DNA from: Pseudolysinimonas sp.
GTDB taxonomy: Bacteria; Actinomycetota; Actinomycetes; Actinomycetales; Microbacteriaceae
Direction of reading: 5' to 3'
Assembly (NCBI GenBank): GCA_041984585.1
Contig: JBHIXX010000007.1
Span: 1,623-65,622 of the forward strand
DNA: 64,000 nucleotides
Part shown: positions 1 to 9,421 of the stretch, in pieces
Layout: each line of letters starts with the position of its first letter
How positions within the stretch are numbered: the stretch's first letter is position 1
The notes under the pieces: generated by a model
The model's input: only the letters and a program-made list of their open reading frames with translations
Database searches by the model: none
What the model was told of the DNA's origin: nothing
Translations under genes and position numbers: made by a program

Positions 1-1076
1 TCGGCGCGGTCCTCGAGCGGCAGGAACGCCGCGTCGGCGGCCGTGAGCTGGAAGCCGAGCACGTCGTCTGCGTCGTAGCCGAACGTGTCGGCGAGCAGGC
101 CGATCTCGCGGGTCAGGCTCGTTCCGCTCATCAGACGGTTGTCGGTGTTGACGGTCACGGCGAAGCCGAGCTGGTGCAGCACGTCGAACGGGTGCCCCGC
201 CATCCCCTCCCCCCACGCGGTGAACGCGGCGGTCTGCAGGTTCGACGACGGGCTCGTCTCGAGCACGACGCCGCGGTCCTTCACCCACTGGGCGAGGCGG
301 CCGAGGCTCACGTACTGCGCCTCGTCGTCGCTCGACTCGAGGGCGATGTCCTCGGCGATGCACACGCCGTGGCCGAGGCGCAGCGCGTGCCCGTCGACGA
401 GGGCGCTGCGGATGCTCTCCAGCCCGTCGGCCTCGCCGGCGTGCACCGTCACCGGGAAGCACTCGCGGGCGAGCAGGTCGAACGCGTCGGCGAACCGCGA
501 CGGCGGGAAGCCCTTCTCGGGCCCGGCGATGTCGAAGCCGACTGCGCCGCGGTCCCGGTGGCGCAGCGCCAGCTCGGCGATCTCCATCCCGCGGTCCGCC
601 TGCCGCATGGCGCTGATCAGCTGCCCGGCCCGGATCCAGCCGCCGCGCGCCTCCTCAGCGTCGATCGCCTCGTCGATGCCGGCCTGCACCGCCTCCACGG
701 CGGCGTCGAGGCTCAGGCCGTTGCGCACGTGCTGCTCCGGCGCCCAGCGGATCTCGCCCCAGACGACGCCGTCGGCGACGAGGTCCTCGACGAACTCGCG
801 CGCGATCCGGCGCAGGTGCTCCTCGGTCTGCATCACCGCGATCGTGATGTCGAACGTCTTCAGGTAGTCGACCAGGTTCCCGCTCGAGCACGACCCGAGG
901 AACCAGTCGGCGAGCGCGCCGGGCTCGGTGGCGGGCAGCTCGAGCCCGATCTCGTCGGCGATCTCGATGATCGTCGACGGCCGCAGCCCGCCGTCGAGGT
1001 GATCGTGCAGGGACACCTTCGGCAGCTCCGCGACCGGGATGTCGGAACCGGGCAGGCGGATGTCGGGGACCGTCAT
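1..1076 (-). CDS. add: adenosine deaminase (C-terminal end runs off the window start)
   Basis: Reverse translation from the ATG at 1076 gives MTVPDIRLPGSDIPVAELPKVSLHDHLDGGLRP..., later VHAGE and TVNTDNRLMSGTS, all typical of adenosine deaminase. The frame stays open to position 1. Confidence 0.9.
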   Translation of the reverse strand, partial: MTVPDIRLPGSDIPVAELPKVSLHDHLDGGLRPSTIIEIADEIGLELPATEPGALADWFLGSCSSGNLVDYLKTFDITIAVMQTEEHLRRIAREFVEDLVADGVVWGEIRWAPEQHVRNGLSLDAAVEAVQAGIDEAIDAEEARGGWIRAGQLISAMRQADRGMEIAELALRHRDRGAVGFDIAGPEKGFPPSRFADAFDLLARECFPVTVHAGEADGLESIRSALVDGHALRLGHGVCIAEDIALESSDDEAQYVSLGRLAQWVKDRGVVLETSPSSNLQTAAFTAWGEGMAGHPFDVLHQLGFAVTVNTDNRLMSGTSLTREIGLLADTFGYDADDVLGFQLTAADAAFLPLEDRA

Positions 1077-1181
1077 GCTCCCAGGCTAGGGCCGCGGCAC
1101 CCCGTCGCGACACCGCCCCGCTGCGGGACGGCCCGGCCGCGACCCGCCGAGCCGATCGCGCGCCGCCCGTAGGCTCGAGCC

Positions 1182-2129
1182 GTGCCCCGCCGCATCATCC
1201 TCGACTGCGACCCGGGGCACGACGACGCGGTGGCGATGATCCTCGCGCACGGCGACCCCGGCATCGACCTGGTCGGTGTCACCACCGTGGCCGGCAACCA
1301 GACCATCGAGAAGGTCACCCGCAACGCGCTCGCGGTGGCCCGGGTGATCGGACTCGACGCACCGGTGGCCCGGGGTGCCGCGCATCCGCTGCAGCGTCCG
1401 CTCGACACCGCCGAGGAGACCCACGGCGACTCGGGGCTCGACGGCCCGCGGTTGCCCGAACCGACCCACGCGCTCGACCCGCGCCCCGCCTGGCAGTTCA
1501 TCGTCGACTCGGTGATGGCGGCCGAACCCGGCGAGATCACGCTCGTGCCGACCGGGGCGCTCACCAACATCGCGCTCGCCCTGCGACTCGAACCGCAGAT
1601 CGTCGACCGGGTGCGCGAGGTGGTGCTCATGGGCGGCGCCGTGCACGGCGGCAACTGGAGCCCGACCGCCGAGTTCAACATCCTGGTCGACCCCGAGGCG
1701 GCGGATGCCGTCTTCACCGCCGGATGGCGGGTCACCATGGTCGGCCTCGACGCGACGCACCGGGCGCTCGCCACCCCGCACGTGGTGGAGCGCATCGCGG
1801 AGATCGGCACCGGTCCGGCGCGCTTCGTCGGCGAGCTGATGGAGTTCTTCGCCGAGGCCTACCGCGAGACGCAGGGGTTCGACCACCCGCCGGTGCACGA
1901 CCCCGTCGCCGTCGCCGCCGTGATCGACCCGACCCTGCTCACGCTCGTCCCCACGCCGATCCGCGTCGAGACGCGCGGCGCGCACACCCTCGGCATGACG
2001 GTGACCGACCTGCGCCGCGACTGGCCCGACGACACCCCGACCCGCGTCGCCCTCGACCTCGACGCGCCCCGCTTCTGGGACCTGGTGATCGCCGCGATCG
2101 AGCGGATCGGCGACCCGCCGCTCGACTGA
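1182..2129 (+). CDS. nucleoside hydrolase (inosine-uridine preferring family)
   Basis: 315-aa ORF with a GTG start. N-terminal ILDCDPGHDDAVAM aspartate cluster (DxDxxxDD) is characteristic of IUNH-family ribonucleoside hydrolases. Confidence 0.85.
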   Translation: MPRRIILDCDPGHDDAVAMILAHGDPGIDLVGVTTVAGNQTIEKVTRNALAVARVIGLDAPVARGAAHPLQRPLDTAEETHGDSGLDGPRLPEPTHALDPRPAWQFIVDSVMAAEPGEITLVPTGALTNIALALRLEPQIVDRVREVVLMGGAVHGGNWSPTAEFNILVDPEAADAVFTAGWRVTMVGLDATHRALATPHVVERIAEIGTGPARFVGELMEFFAEAYRETQGFDHPPVHDPVAVAAVIDPTLLTLVPTPIRVETRGAHTLGMTVTDLRRDWPDDTPTRVALDLDAPRFWDLVIAAIERIGDPPLD

Positions 2130-2172
2130 GCCGGACAGCCCGCGACCCCGCGGCCGTCAGCCCCCGCGGCCG

Positions 2173-3465
2173 TCAGCCGACGCGACCGGCGATGAGCGGG
2201 CCGCCGTCGTCGACCGGATCGCCGGCGTCGCCGATCGCCCACGCACCCTCGAGCGACTCCATCGCGCGGGCGAACCTCGCCGGCTCGTCGGCCGACAGGG
2301 TGAACAGCGGCTGCCCCTTCGCCACCGTGTGACCCGGCTTCGCGTGAAGCAGGATGCCGGCCGCGTGCTGCACCGGGTCCTCCTTGCGGGCGCGTCCCGC
2401 CCCGAGCCGCCAGGCCGCGATGCCGAACGGCAGCGCCTCCTGCTTCACCAGCACGCCGTCGCGGTCGGCCGTCACGACCTCCGACTCCTTCGCCACCGGG
2501 AGGTCGGCATCCGGGTCGCCGCCCTGGGCCGACACCATCCGGCGCCACGAGTCCATGGCGCGCCCGTCGGCGAGGGCGGCCTCGACGTCGGCATCCGGCA
2601 CCCCGGCCAGGTCGAGCATCTCGCGCGCCAGGGCGCAGGTGAGCTCGACGACGTCGGCCGGGCCGCCGCCGGCCAGCACCTCGACCGACTCGGCCACCTC
2701 GTTGGCGTTGCCGATGGCGAAACCGAGCGGCACGTGCATGTTGGTGAGCAGCGCGCGCGTGGCGACGCCCGCGTCGTTGCCGAGCCGCACCATCACCTCG
2801 GCCAGCTCCCTGCTGCGCGCCGGGTCCTGCATGAACGCGCCCGAGCCGTGCTTCACGTCGAGCACCAGGGCGCCGGTGCCCTCGGCGATCTTCTTGCTCA
2901 TGATGCTCGACGCGATGAGCGGGATCGCCTCCACCGTCGCGGTGATGTCGCGCAGCGCGTAGAGCTTCTTGTCGGCGGGCGCGAGATCGGCGCCCGCCGC
3001 GCACACCACCGCGCCGACGTCGGCGAGCTGGGCCATGAACTCGTCGTTGGAGAGCTCCGCGCGCCAGCCCGGGATCGACTCGAACTTGTCGAGGGTTCCG
3101 CCGGTGTGGCCCAGTCCGCGACCCGAGAGCTGCGGCACCGCCACGCCGAACGCGGCCACGAGCGGCGCGAGCGGCAGCGTGATCTTGTCGCCCACGCCAC
3201 CCGTCGAGTGCTTGTCGGTGGTGCGCTTGCCGAGCCCCGAGAAGTCGAGCCGCTCGCCCGACGCCACCATCGCGAGGGTGAGGTCGCGGATCTCGTCGGG
3301 GCCCATCCCGCGCAGGAAGATCGCCATCGTCATCGCCGACATCTGCTCGTCGGCGACGTAGCCGCGGGTGTAGGCGTCGACCAGCCAGTCGATCTGCCCG
3401 GTGTCGAGGGCGCCGCCGTCGCGCTTGGTCTTGATCAGGTCGACGACGTCGTAGGGCTCCACCAT
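2173..3465 (-). CDS. deoA: thymidine/pyrimidine-nucleoside phosphorylase
   Basis: MVEPYDVVDLIKTKRDG..., KHSTGGVGDK and SGRGLGHTGGTLDK motifs. I chose the ATG at 3465 because the upstream 97 codons of the 527-aa ORF are Arg/Gly-rich junk. ATGA overlap with the cdd stop. Confidence 0.9.
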   Translation of the reverse strand: MVEPYDVVDLIKTKRDGGALDTGQIDWLVDAYTRGYVADEQMSAMTMAIFLRGMGPDEIRDLTLAMVASGERLDFSGLGKRTTDKHSTGGVGDKITLPLAPLVAAFGVAVPQLSGRGLGHTGGTLDKFESIPGWRAELSNDEFMAQLADVGAVVCAAGADLAPADKKLYALRDITATVEAIPLIASSIMSKKIAEGTGALVLDVKHGSGAFMQDPARSRELAEVMVRLGNDAGVATRALLTNMHVPLGFAIGNANEVAESVEVLAGGGPADVVELTCALAREMLDLAGVPDADVEAALADGRAMDSWRRMVSAQGGDPDADLPVAKESEVVTADRDGVLVKQEALPFGIAAWRLGAGRARKEDPVQHAAGILLHAKPGHTVAKGQPLFTLSADEPARFARAMESLEGAWAIGDAGDPVDDGGPLIAGRVG

Positions 3466-3938
3466 CAGCCGTCCTCCCCCTCCGGGGCCGGCACCGCCGC
3501 CGTCGGGTCGGCCTGCTCCTCGCCGCGGTAGGCGGCGAGCGTGCGCGGCCCGAACGCGTCGGGGATCACCTCGTCGATGGTCTTGATGCCCGACACCGTG
3601 TCGAGCAGCATCCCCTCGGCGGAGTGCTCGAACAACAGCTGTCGGCATCGGCCGCACGGCATCAGCGCCCCGCCGTTGCCGTCGACGCAGGTGAAGGCGA
3701 CCAGCTTGCCGCCGCCGGTCATGTGCAGGCTCGACACCAGCGCGCACTCGGCGCACAGGGTGAGGCCGTACGACGCGTTCTCGACGTTGGCGCCGGAGAG
3801 CACCCGGCCGTCGTCGACGATCGCCGCGACCCCCACCGGGAACCTCGAGTACGGCACGTAGGCGTGGGTGAGCGCATCCCGGGCGACGGCGCGCAGCGCC
3901 TCCCAGTCGATCGCGGCCGAGTCGACGTCGGGCGACAT
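3465..3938 (-). CDS. cdd: cytidine deaminase
   Basis: 157-aa ORF with CAECA and PCGRCRQ zinc-ligand motifs. Confidence 0.9.
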   Translation of the reverse strand: MSPDVDSAAIDWEALRAVARDALTHAYVPYSRFPVGVAAIVDDGRVLSGANVENASYGLTLCAECALVSSLHMTGGGKLVAFTCVDGNGGALMPCGRCRQLLFEHSAEGMLLDTVSGIKTIDEVIPDAFGPRTLAAYRGEEQADPTAAVPAPEGEDG

Positions 3939-3948
3939 CCGGGGGTTC

Positions 3949-5223
3949 CTAACTCTTGATGTACGGCACGCCGTCCGCGGCCGGCGGACGCGACTTGCCC
4001 ACCAGACCGGCCACGGCGAACAGGGTGACCACGTAAGGCAGCATCAGCATGAACTGGCTGGGCACCGGCGAGCCGATGACGCTGAGCGCGTTCTGCAGAT
4101 TCGACGCGAACCCGAACAGCAGCGCCGCCAGGGTCGCGCGCACGGGATCCCAGCGTCCGAAGATCACCGCGGCGAGCGCGATGAAGCCGATGCCGTTGGT
4201 CATGTCCTTGTCGAAGATGCCCGCCTGCCCGAGCACGATGAACGCGCCGCCGGTGCCGGCCAGCGCACCGCTCACCACCACGTTGCGGAAGCGCGTGCTC
4301 GCCACGTTGATGCCGACCGTGTCGGCCGCCATCGGGTGCTCGCCCACCGAGCGCAGGCGCAGGCCCCAGCGGGTGCGGTAGAGCGCGAACGCGACCAGCG
4401 CCACCAGCACGTAGAGCAGGTAGACGAGGATCGTCTGCCGGAAGAAGGTCGGCCCGATCACCGGGATCTGGCTGAGCAGCGGGATGTCGATGCGCTCGAG
4501 CCGCGGCGGGCTGTTGAACGCCTCCCGGTCGGAGCTGAGCCACGACAGGTAGAGGAACCCGGTGAGCCCCGAGACGAGCACGTTGATCACGACACCGACG
4601 ATGACCTGCTCGACGAAGTAGCGCACCGCGAACACCGCGAGCAGCAGACCGACGAGCATGCCCGAGAGCGCCGCGGCGAGGATGCCGGGGTACGGGTTCT
4701 GCGTCATCGACGCCACGGCGGTGGCGCTGAACGCGCCGAGCAGCAGCTGCGCCTCGATCGCGATGTTCACCACGCCGACGCGCTCGCCGATGACGCCGGT
4801 GAGGGCGCCGTAGATGAGCGGCACCGAGAGCAGCAGGGCTCCCGAGAGCAGACCCGGCACCTGGATGGTCGCCCCGGCGCCGGCCCAGGCGAGGAACCCG
4901 ATGGCGGCGAGCACCGCGCCGACGGCGATCAGCCAGAGCGGCACCGCGATGCGCCGCCAGATCATCACCGCGGTGACCACCGCGATCGCCGCGATCGCCA
5001 CGGTCACGACGACCCCGCCCGCGATCGTCGGGTAGGAGAGCACCGGCAGGGCGACGAAGTCGGTCGCGGCCGACAGGTTGAACGAGCTGACCTCGTCGGG
5101 CGCGGTGAGCACGAACAGCACGAGCGAGATCACCGCGACGACCCCGAACACGATGGGGGTCTTCCAGTTGCGGCGGTCGATCCGGTGGCGGGTCGACGCG
5201 GCGCGGGCCAGCACGGCGCTCAC
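3949..5223 (-). CDS. ABC transporter permease (nucleoside/simple-sugar BMP-type importer, second permease)
   Basis: Hydrophobic multi-TM protein VSAVLARAASTRHRIDRRNWKTPIVFGVV...GVPYIKS. The GTG start at 5223 forms a GTGA overlap with the upstream permease stop. The 851-aa ORF in the track is a read-through of this frame. Confidence 0.8.
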   Translation of the reverse strand: MSAVLARAASTRHRIDRRNWKTPIVFGVVAVISLVLFVLTAPDEVSSFNLSAATDFVALPVLSYPTIAGGVVVTVAIAAIAVVTAVMIWRRIAVPLWLIAVGAVLAAIGFLAWAGAGATIQVPGLLSGALLLSVPLIYGALTGVIGERVGVVNIAIEAQLLLGAFSATAVASMTQNPYPGILAAALSGMLVGLLLAVFAVRYFVEQVIVGVVINVLVSGLTGFLYLSWLSSDREAFNSPPRLERIDIPLLSQIPVIGPTFFRQTILVYLLYVLVALVAFALYRTRWGLRLRSVGEHPMAADTVGINVASTRFRNVVVSGALAGTGGAFIVLGQAGIFDKDMTNGIGFIALAAVIFGRWDPVRATLAALLFGFASNLQNALSVIGSPVPSQFMLMLPYVVTLFAVAGLVGKSRPPAADGVPYIKS

Positions 5224-6491
5224 TTGGCCACCTCCGTCGTGTCGGCGCCGCCCGGCGTGCCGGTGACCCCCGGTTTCGCAGCCCGCCGCGAGCGCGGTTC
5301 GGGAAGGCGGAAGATCGCGCGCACGAGCGGCGGGGCGGCGAGGAACAGCACGATGAGCGACTGCACGACGAGCACGATGTCGATCGGGATGCCCTCCGCG
5401 ATCTGCATCGTGTAGCTGCCGGCCTGCAGGGCCCCGAACAGCAGCCCCGCGCCGAAGGTGCCCCACGGGGTGGAGCGGCCGAGCAGCGCGACCGTGATCG
5501 CGTCGAACCCGATGCCCGAGTCGACGCCCTCGGTGAACCCGCTCGGCGTGGTGCCGAGGATCATCGTCGAGATCGCCAGGCCCGAGAAGCCGCCCGCGAC
5601 GAGCATCGCGTAGAGGTAGATGCGCTCCACCTTGATGCCCGCCGACCGCGCGGCGGCCGGGTTGAGCCCCACGGCGCGGAAGCGGAAGCCGAGCGCCGAG
5701 CGCTCGATCAGCCACCAGGCGACGAGTGTCGCCGCGATGACCACCGGGAAGCCCCAGTGCAGCACGAAGCCGTCGCCCAGCAGCGGCGCGAGCACCGCGT
5801 TGTCGTTGGGCGCCGGCGAGCGCGGGTTGAACTGGCCGGGCGCCTGCAGCACCGGGGTGCGCAGCAGGTAGGCGATGAGGTAGAGGCCGACGAAGTTGAG
5901 CATGATCGTCGAGATCACCTCGTGCGCGCCGGTCCACGCCTTCAGCGCCCCGGCGATGCCACCCCAGATCGCGCCGCCGATGATGCCCATCGCGACCGCC
6001 ACGATCGCGTGCAGCACGGGCGGCAGGTCCCAGGCGAAGCTCGCGTAGCCTGCGAAGATCGCGCCGACCAGCATCTGCCCGCGGCCGCCGATGTTGAACA
6101 GCCCGACGCGGAACGCGATGGCGACGCCGAGTCCGGCCGCGATCAGCGGCGTGGCGAACACCAGCGACTGCGTCAGCGGACGGATGCCGACCACGAAGCT
6201 GTCGGCGCGGAAGTTGTAGACGGCCCCCTGGAAGAGCGCGATGTAGGCGCCCGAGATCGAGTCCCAGATGGCCGCGAACGTCGCGCCGGGAGCCGCGAAG
6301 AAGTAGGTGAACGCCTCGTGCACGTCGTCGTCGATGGCGACGATCAGGATGCTGCCGCCGAGCACCGCGAGCAGCACCGAGAGCACGGTGGTGAGCGGCG
6401 GCGCGTGCACGATCTCGTCGAGCGCGCGCTTCCACCGCGACGGCGACGGATCCGCCGCGATCTCGGGCAGGGTCTGCTTGTCGCCGCTCAT
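5220..6491 (-). CDS. ABC transporter permease (BMP-type importer, first permease)
   Basis: 423-aa multi-TM ORF. ATGA overlap with the stop of the upstream ATPase gene. Confidence 0.8.
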   Translation of the reverse strand: MSGDKQTLPEIAADPSPSRWKRALDEIVHAPPLTTVLSVLLAVLGGSILIVAIDDDVHEAFTYFFAAPGATFAAIWDSISGAYIALFQGAVYNFRADSFVVGIRPLTQSLVFATPLIAAGLGVAIAFRVGLFNIGGRGQMLVGAIFAGYASFAWDLPPVLHAIVAVAMGIIGGAIWGGIAGALKAWTGAHEVISTIMLNFVGLYLIAYLLRTPVLQAPGQFNPRSPAPNDNAVLAPLLGDGFVLHWGFPVVIAATLVAWWLIERSALGFRFRAVGLNPAAARSAGIKVERIYLYAMLVAGGFSGLAISTMILGTTPSGFTEGVDSGIGFDAITVALLGRSTPWGTFGAGLLFGALQAGSYTMQIAEGIPIDIVLVVQSLIVLFLAAPPLVRAIFRLPEPRSRRAAKPGVTGTPGGADTTEVAK

Positions 6492-8005
6492 GCCGCCGCC
6501 TCATCCGCGTTGGAGCCCGCCATGATCAGGCCCAGCCTGTCGCGCGGGACATCCGGATCGAGGACGGCCTGCACCTTGCCCTTGTACATGACGGCGATGC
6601 GATCGGCCAGCGCGTAGACCTCGTCGAGCTCGGTCGAGACCACGATCACCGGCAGACCCGCGTCGCGCGCGGCGACGATCTGCGCGTGCACGAACTCGAT
6701 CGAGCCGACGTCGAGACCGCGGGTGGGCTGCGCGATGAGCAGCAGCTCGAGCCCGTCGCGGCTCAGCTCGCGGGCGAGCACCACCTTCTGCTGGTTGCCG
6801 CCCGACAGGGTGCGCACCCGGGCCGCGATGCCCGAGGCGCGGATGTCGAACGCCGCCAGCTTGTCGCGGGCGAAGTCGTCGCGGGCGCCGCGGCGGATCG
6901 AGCCCCACCGCACGAACGGCTCGCCGCGGCTGCGGTCGAGCATCAGGTTCTCTGCGATGGTGAAGTCGGCGACCAGGCCGTCCTCGCGGCGGTCCTCGGG
7001 CACGTAGCCGACACCGGCGTCGAGCACGGCGAGGGTCGACCGGCCGAGCAGCTCGGCGCCGTTCAGCCTCACGCTCCCCTCGACGCGGTGCTCGAGGCCC
7101 ATGATCGCCTCGACCAGCTCGGTCTGCCCGTTGCCCTGCACGCCCGCGATGGCGAGGATCTCGCCCTTGCGCACCTCGAGCGAGACGCCGTCGACGACGC
7201 GGGCGCCGCGCGCGTCGGCCACCCGCAGGTCGTCGACGCGCAGCGCCACCTCGCCCGGGTCGGCCGGGCCCTTGTCGATGGTCAGATCGACCGCGCGGCC
7301 CACCATCATCGAGGCCAGCTCGGCGCTCGACGACTCGGGGCTCGCCTCGCCGACCACCTTGCCGAGGCGGATGACGGTGATGCGGTCGGCGACCTCGCGC
7401 ACCTCGCGGAGCTTGTGGGTGATGAAGACGATCGACGTGCCCTCCGCCTTCAGCTGGCGCAGGATGGCCATGAACTCGTCGGTCTCCTGCGGCGTGAGCA
7501 CCGCGGTGGGCTCGTCGAAGACGAGGATGCCGGCGTCGCGGGAGAGCGCCTTCACGATCTCCACCCGCTGCTGCACCCCGACCGGCAGGTCCTCGACGAC
7601 CGCGTCGGGGTCGAGGTCGAAACCGAATCGGGCCGAGATGTCGTGCACCAGCCGGCGCGAGGCCTCGAGGTCGAGGATGCCGGGGCCGCGCACCGACTCG
7701 TGGCCGAGGGCCACGTTCTCGGCCACCGTGAAGACGGGCACCAGCATGAAGTGCTGGTGCACCATCCCGATGCCGGCCTTCATGGCCTCACCGGGTCCGG
7801 CGAACGCCTTCTTCTCGTCATCGAGAAGGATCTCGCCGCCGTCGGGCTGGTACAGCCCGTAGAGCACGTTCATCAGCGTGGACTTGCCCGCGCCGTTCTC
7901 GCCGAGGAGGCAGTGGATCTCGCCCGGCTCGACCGTGAGGTCGATCGCGTCGTTCGCGACCAGCGCGCCGAAGCGTTTCGTGATCCCTCGAAGCTCCAGC
8001 TTCAC
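6488..8005 (-). CDS. ABC transporter ATP-binding protein with duplicated ATPase domains
   Basis: 505-aa ORF with two Walker A sites (GENGAGKST and GVQGNGQTE) and the LSGGNQQK signature. GTG start preceded by GAGGAG. Confidence 0.9.
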   Translation of the reverse strand: MKLELRGITKRFGALVANDAIDLTVEPGEIHCLLGENGAGKSTLMNVLYGLYQPDGGEILLDDEKKAFAGPGEAMKAGIGMVHQHFMLVPVFTVAENVALGHESVRGPGILDLEASRRLVHDISARFGFDLDPDAVVEDLPVGVQQRVEIVKALSRDAGILVFDEPTAVLTPQETDEFMAILRQLKAEGTSIVFITHKLREVREVADRITVIRLGKVVGEASPESSSAELASMMVGRAVDLTIDKGPADPGEVALRVDDLRVADARGARVVDGVSLEVRKGEILAIAGVQGNGQTELVEAIMGLEHRVEGSVRLNGAELLGRSTLAVLDAGVGYVPEDRREDGLVADFTIAENLMLDRSRGEPFVRWGSIRRGARDDFARDKLAAFDIRASGIAARVRTLSGGNQQKVVLARELSRDGLELLLIAQPTRGLDVGSIEFVHAQIVAARDAGLPVIVVSTELDEVYALADRIAVMYKGKVQAVLDPDVPRDRLGLIMAGSNADEAAA

Positions 8006-8104
8006 GATCGTCTCCTCATCGTTCGATCAGGCTCGCCCAGCGTATCGCCGGACGGCCGAGGGGCCGGCCTCCCGAAGGAGACCGACCCCTCGTGTGTGCG
8101 GGTG

Positions 8105-9203
8105 TCAGCCCGCGAGGTACGACGCGACGGTGATGTCGCCCGCGATGATGCTCGCGGCGAGCGCGTCGAGCGTCGCCTGGAGCTCCGGGTCGACCGAGCC
8201 CTCGAACGAGTGGAACGGCGCGATGCCGACTCCGCCGTTCTCGAGGGTGCCGACGTACGGGGTGAAGTCGACGTCACCGCTGGACGCCTCGATCACGACG
8301 TCGTAGACGGCGGTCGAGATGTTCTTCAGGATCGACGTGAGGAAGTAGTCGGCGTTGGTCGGGTCGGTGACCGTCAGGTCAGCGTCCACACCGATCATCG
8401 CGGCGCTGGAGCCCGCGTCCTCGATCGCCTCGATGGCCGACAGGTAGATGCCGCCGCCGACCGGGGCGAGGATGTCCGCACCCTGGTCGAGGAGGTTCTG
8501 CGCCGCGGTGAACGACTCGGTGCCGGGCGAGAAGACGCCGACGAAGGTGCCGTCCTGGGCCTCGGTGTCCCACCCGAGGACCTGCACGTCAGTGCCGTTC
8601 TCCTCGTTGTAGTACTCGACGCCCTGGGCCATGCCGTCCATGAAGATCGACACGGTCGGGAAGGCCATGCCGCCGTAGGTGCCGACGACGCCGGTCTCGC
8701 TGTAGCTCGCCATCGCGTAGCCGGCGAGGAACGCGGCCTGGGCGGTGTCGAAGATGATCGGCTTGATGTTGTCGGAGTCGGTCGCACCGTCGAAGTCGGT
8801 GTCGGCCGTGTCGTCGACGATCGCGAAGTCGATCTCGGGGTTGGCGATGCCCGCCTCGCTGGTGGCGACGGCGAGGTCGAAGCCGACCGTGATGATGAAG
8901 TCGCAGCCCTGGTCGATGGCGCCCTGCACGTTGGGTGCGTAGTCGTCCTGGGTCTCGGACTCGATGGTGATGGGCTCGACGCCCAGCTCCTCGCCGGCGG
9001 CGATCATGCCCTCGTAGGCGAGCTGGTTGAACGAGTTGTCGTCGAAGCCTCCGGTGCCGGAGACGACACAGGGCAGGAAGTCGAGCGCCTCGCCGCCGTC
9101 GCCGCCGTCCTCGGGCGCGGCCGCACAGCCGGCCAGGACGAGGGCGCTGGTGCCGAGAACCGCGAGACCGGCCAGGCCGGTCCGACGCGAAATGAATGTC
9201 ACG
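8105..9203 (-). CDS. BMP-family (Med/PnrA-like) substrate-binding lipoprotein, probable nucleoside binding
   Basis: GTG at 9203 preceded by GGAGGA. Signal peptide with the lipobox LVLAGC. Body is typical of basic-membrane-protein ABC substrate binders. The remaining upstream part of the 411-aa ORF was rejected. Confidence 0.85.
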
Positions 9204-9292
9204 GTGTCCTCCAAGATGCTGCCCGACCCGGGGCGGAGCGGGCGATTTCGCACCAATCTAGCCAGCCTGCCGAGCAGCGCCGACTGCCGAGC

Positions 9293-9305
9293 GGACTCCG
9301 AGTCC
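9293..9305. promoter_or_regulatory. perfect palindrome GGACTC-N1-GAGTCC upstream of the nucleoside ABC/cdd/deoA operon (candidate operator)
   Basis: GGACTCCGAGTCC reads identically on both strands. It lies about 90 nt upstream of the BMP start and about 32 nt upstream of a possible -10 TAGATT (9255..9260, minus strand). Confidence 0.3.
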
Positions 9306-9421
9306 AAGCTGTTACCGAGTCGCGACGGCGACGAAATCATCCGGAAATGTGACCCGGCGCCGCGGATCGGGTGGCGATCGCGTGGCGTGCCCTACTCGGC
9401 CCGGTCGTGCGGGTGCGGCGC

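Noticed and set aside
2173-3756. The 527-aa form of the thymidine phosphorylase ORF.
   Set aside because: The first 97 codons overlap cdd in another frame and are Arg/Gly-rich. The ATG at 3465 gives the canonical MVEPYD... N-terminus and an ATGA junction with cdd.
3949-6504. The 851-aa ORF treated as a single fused permease.
   Set aside because: The first ~425 codons are an out-of-frame read through the upstream permease gene and translate as Arg/Gly junk. A GTG at 5223 with a GTGA overlap gives a normal 424-aa permease.
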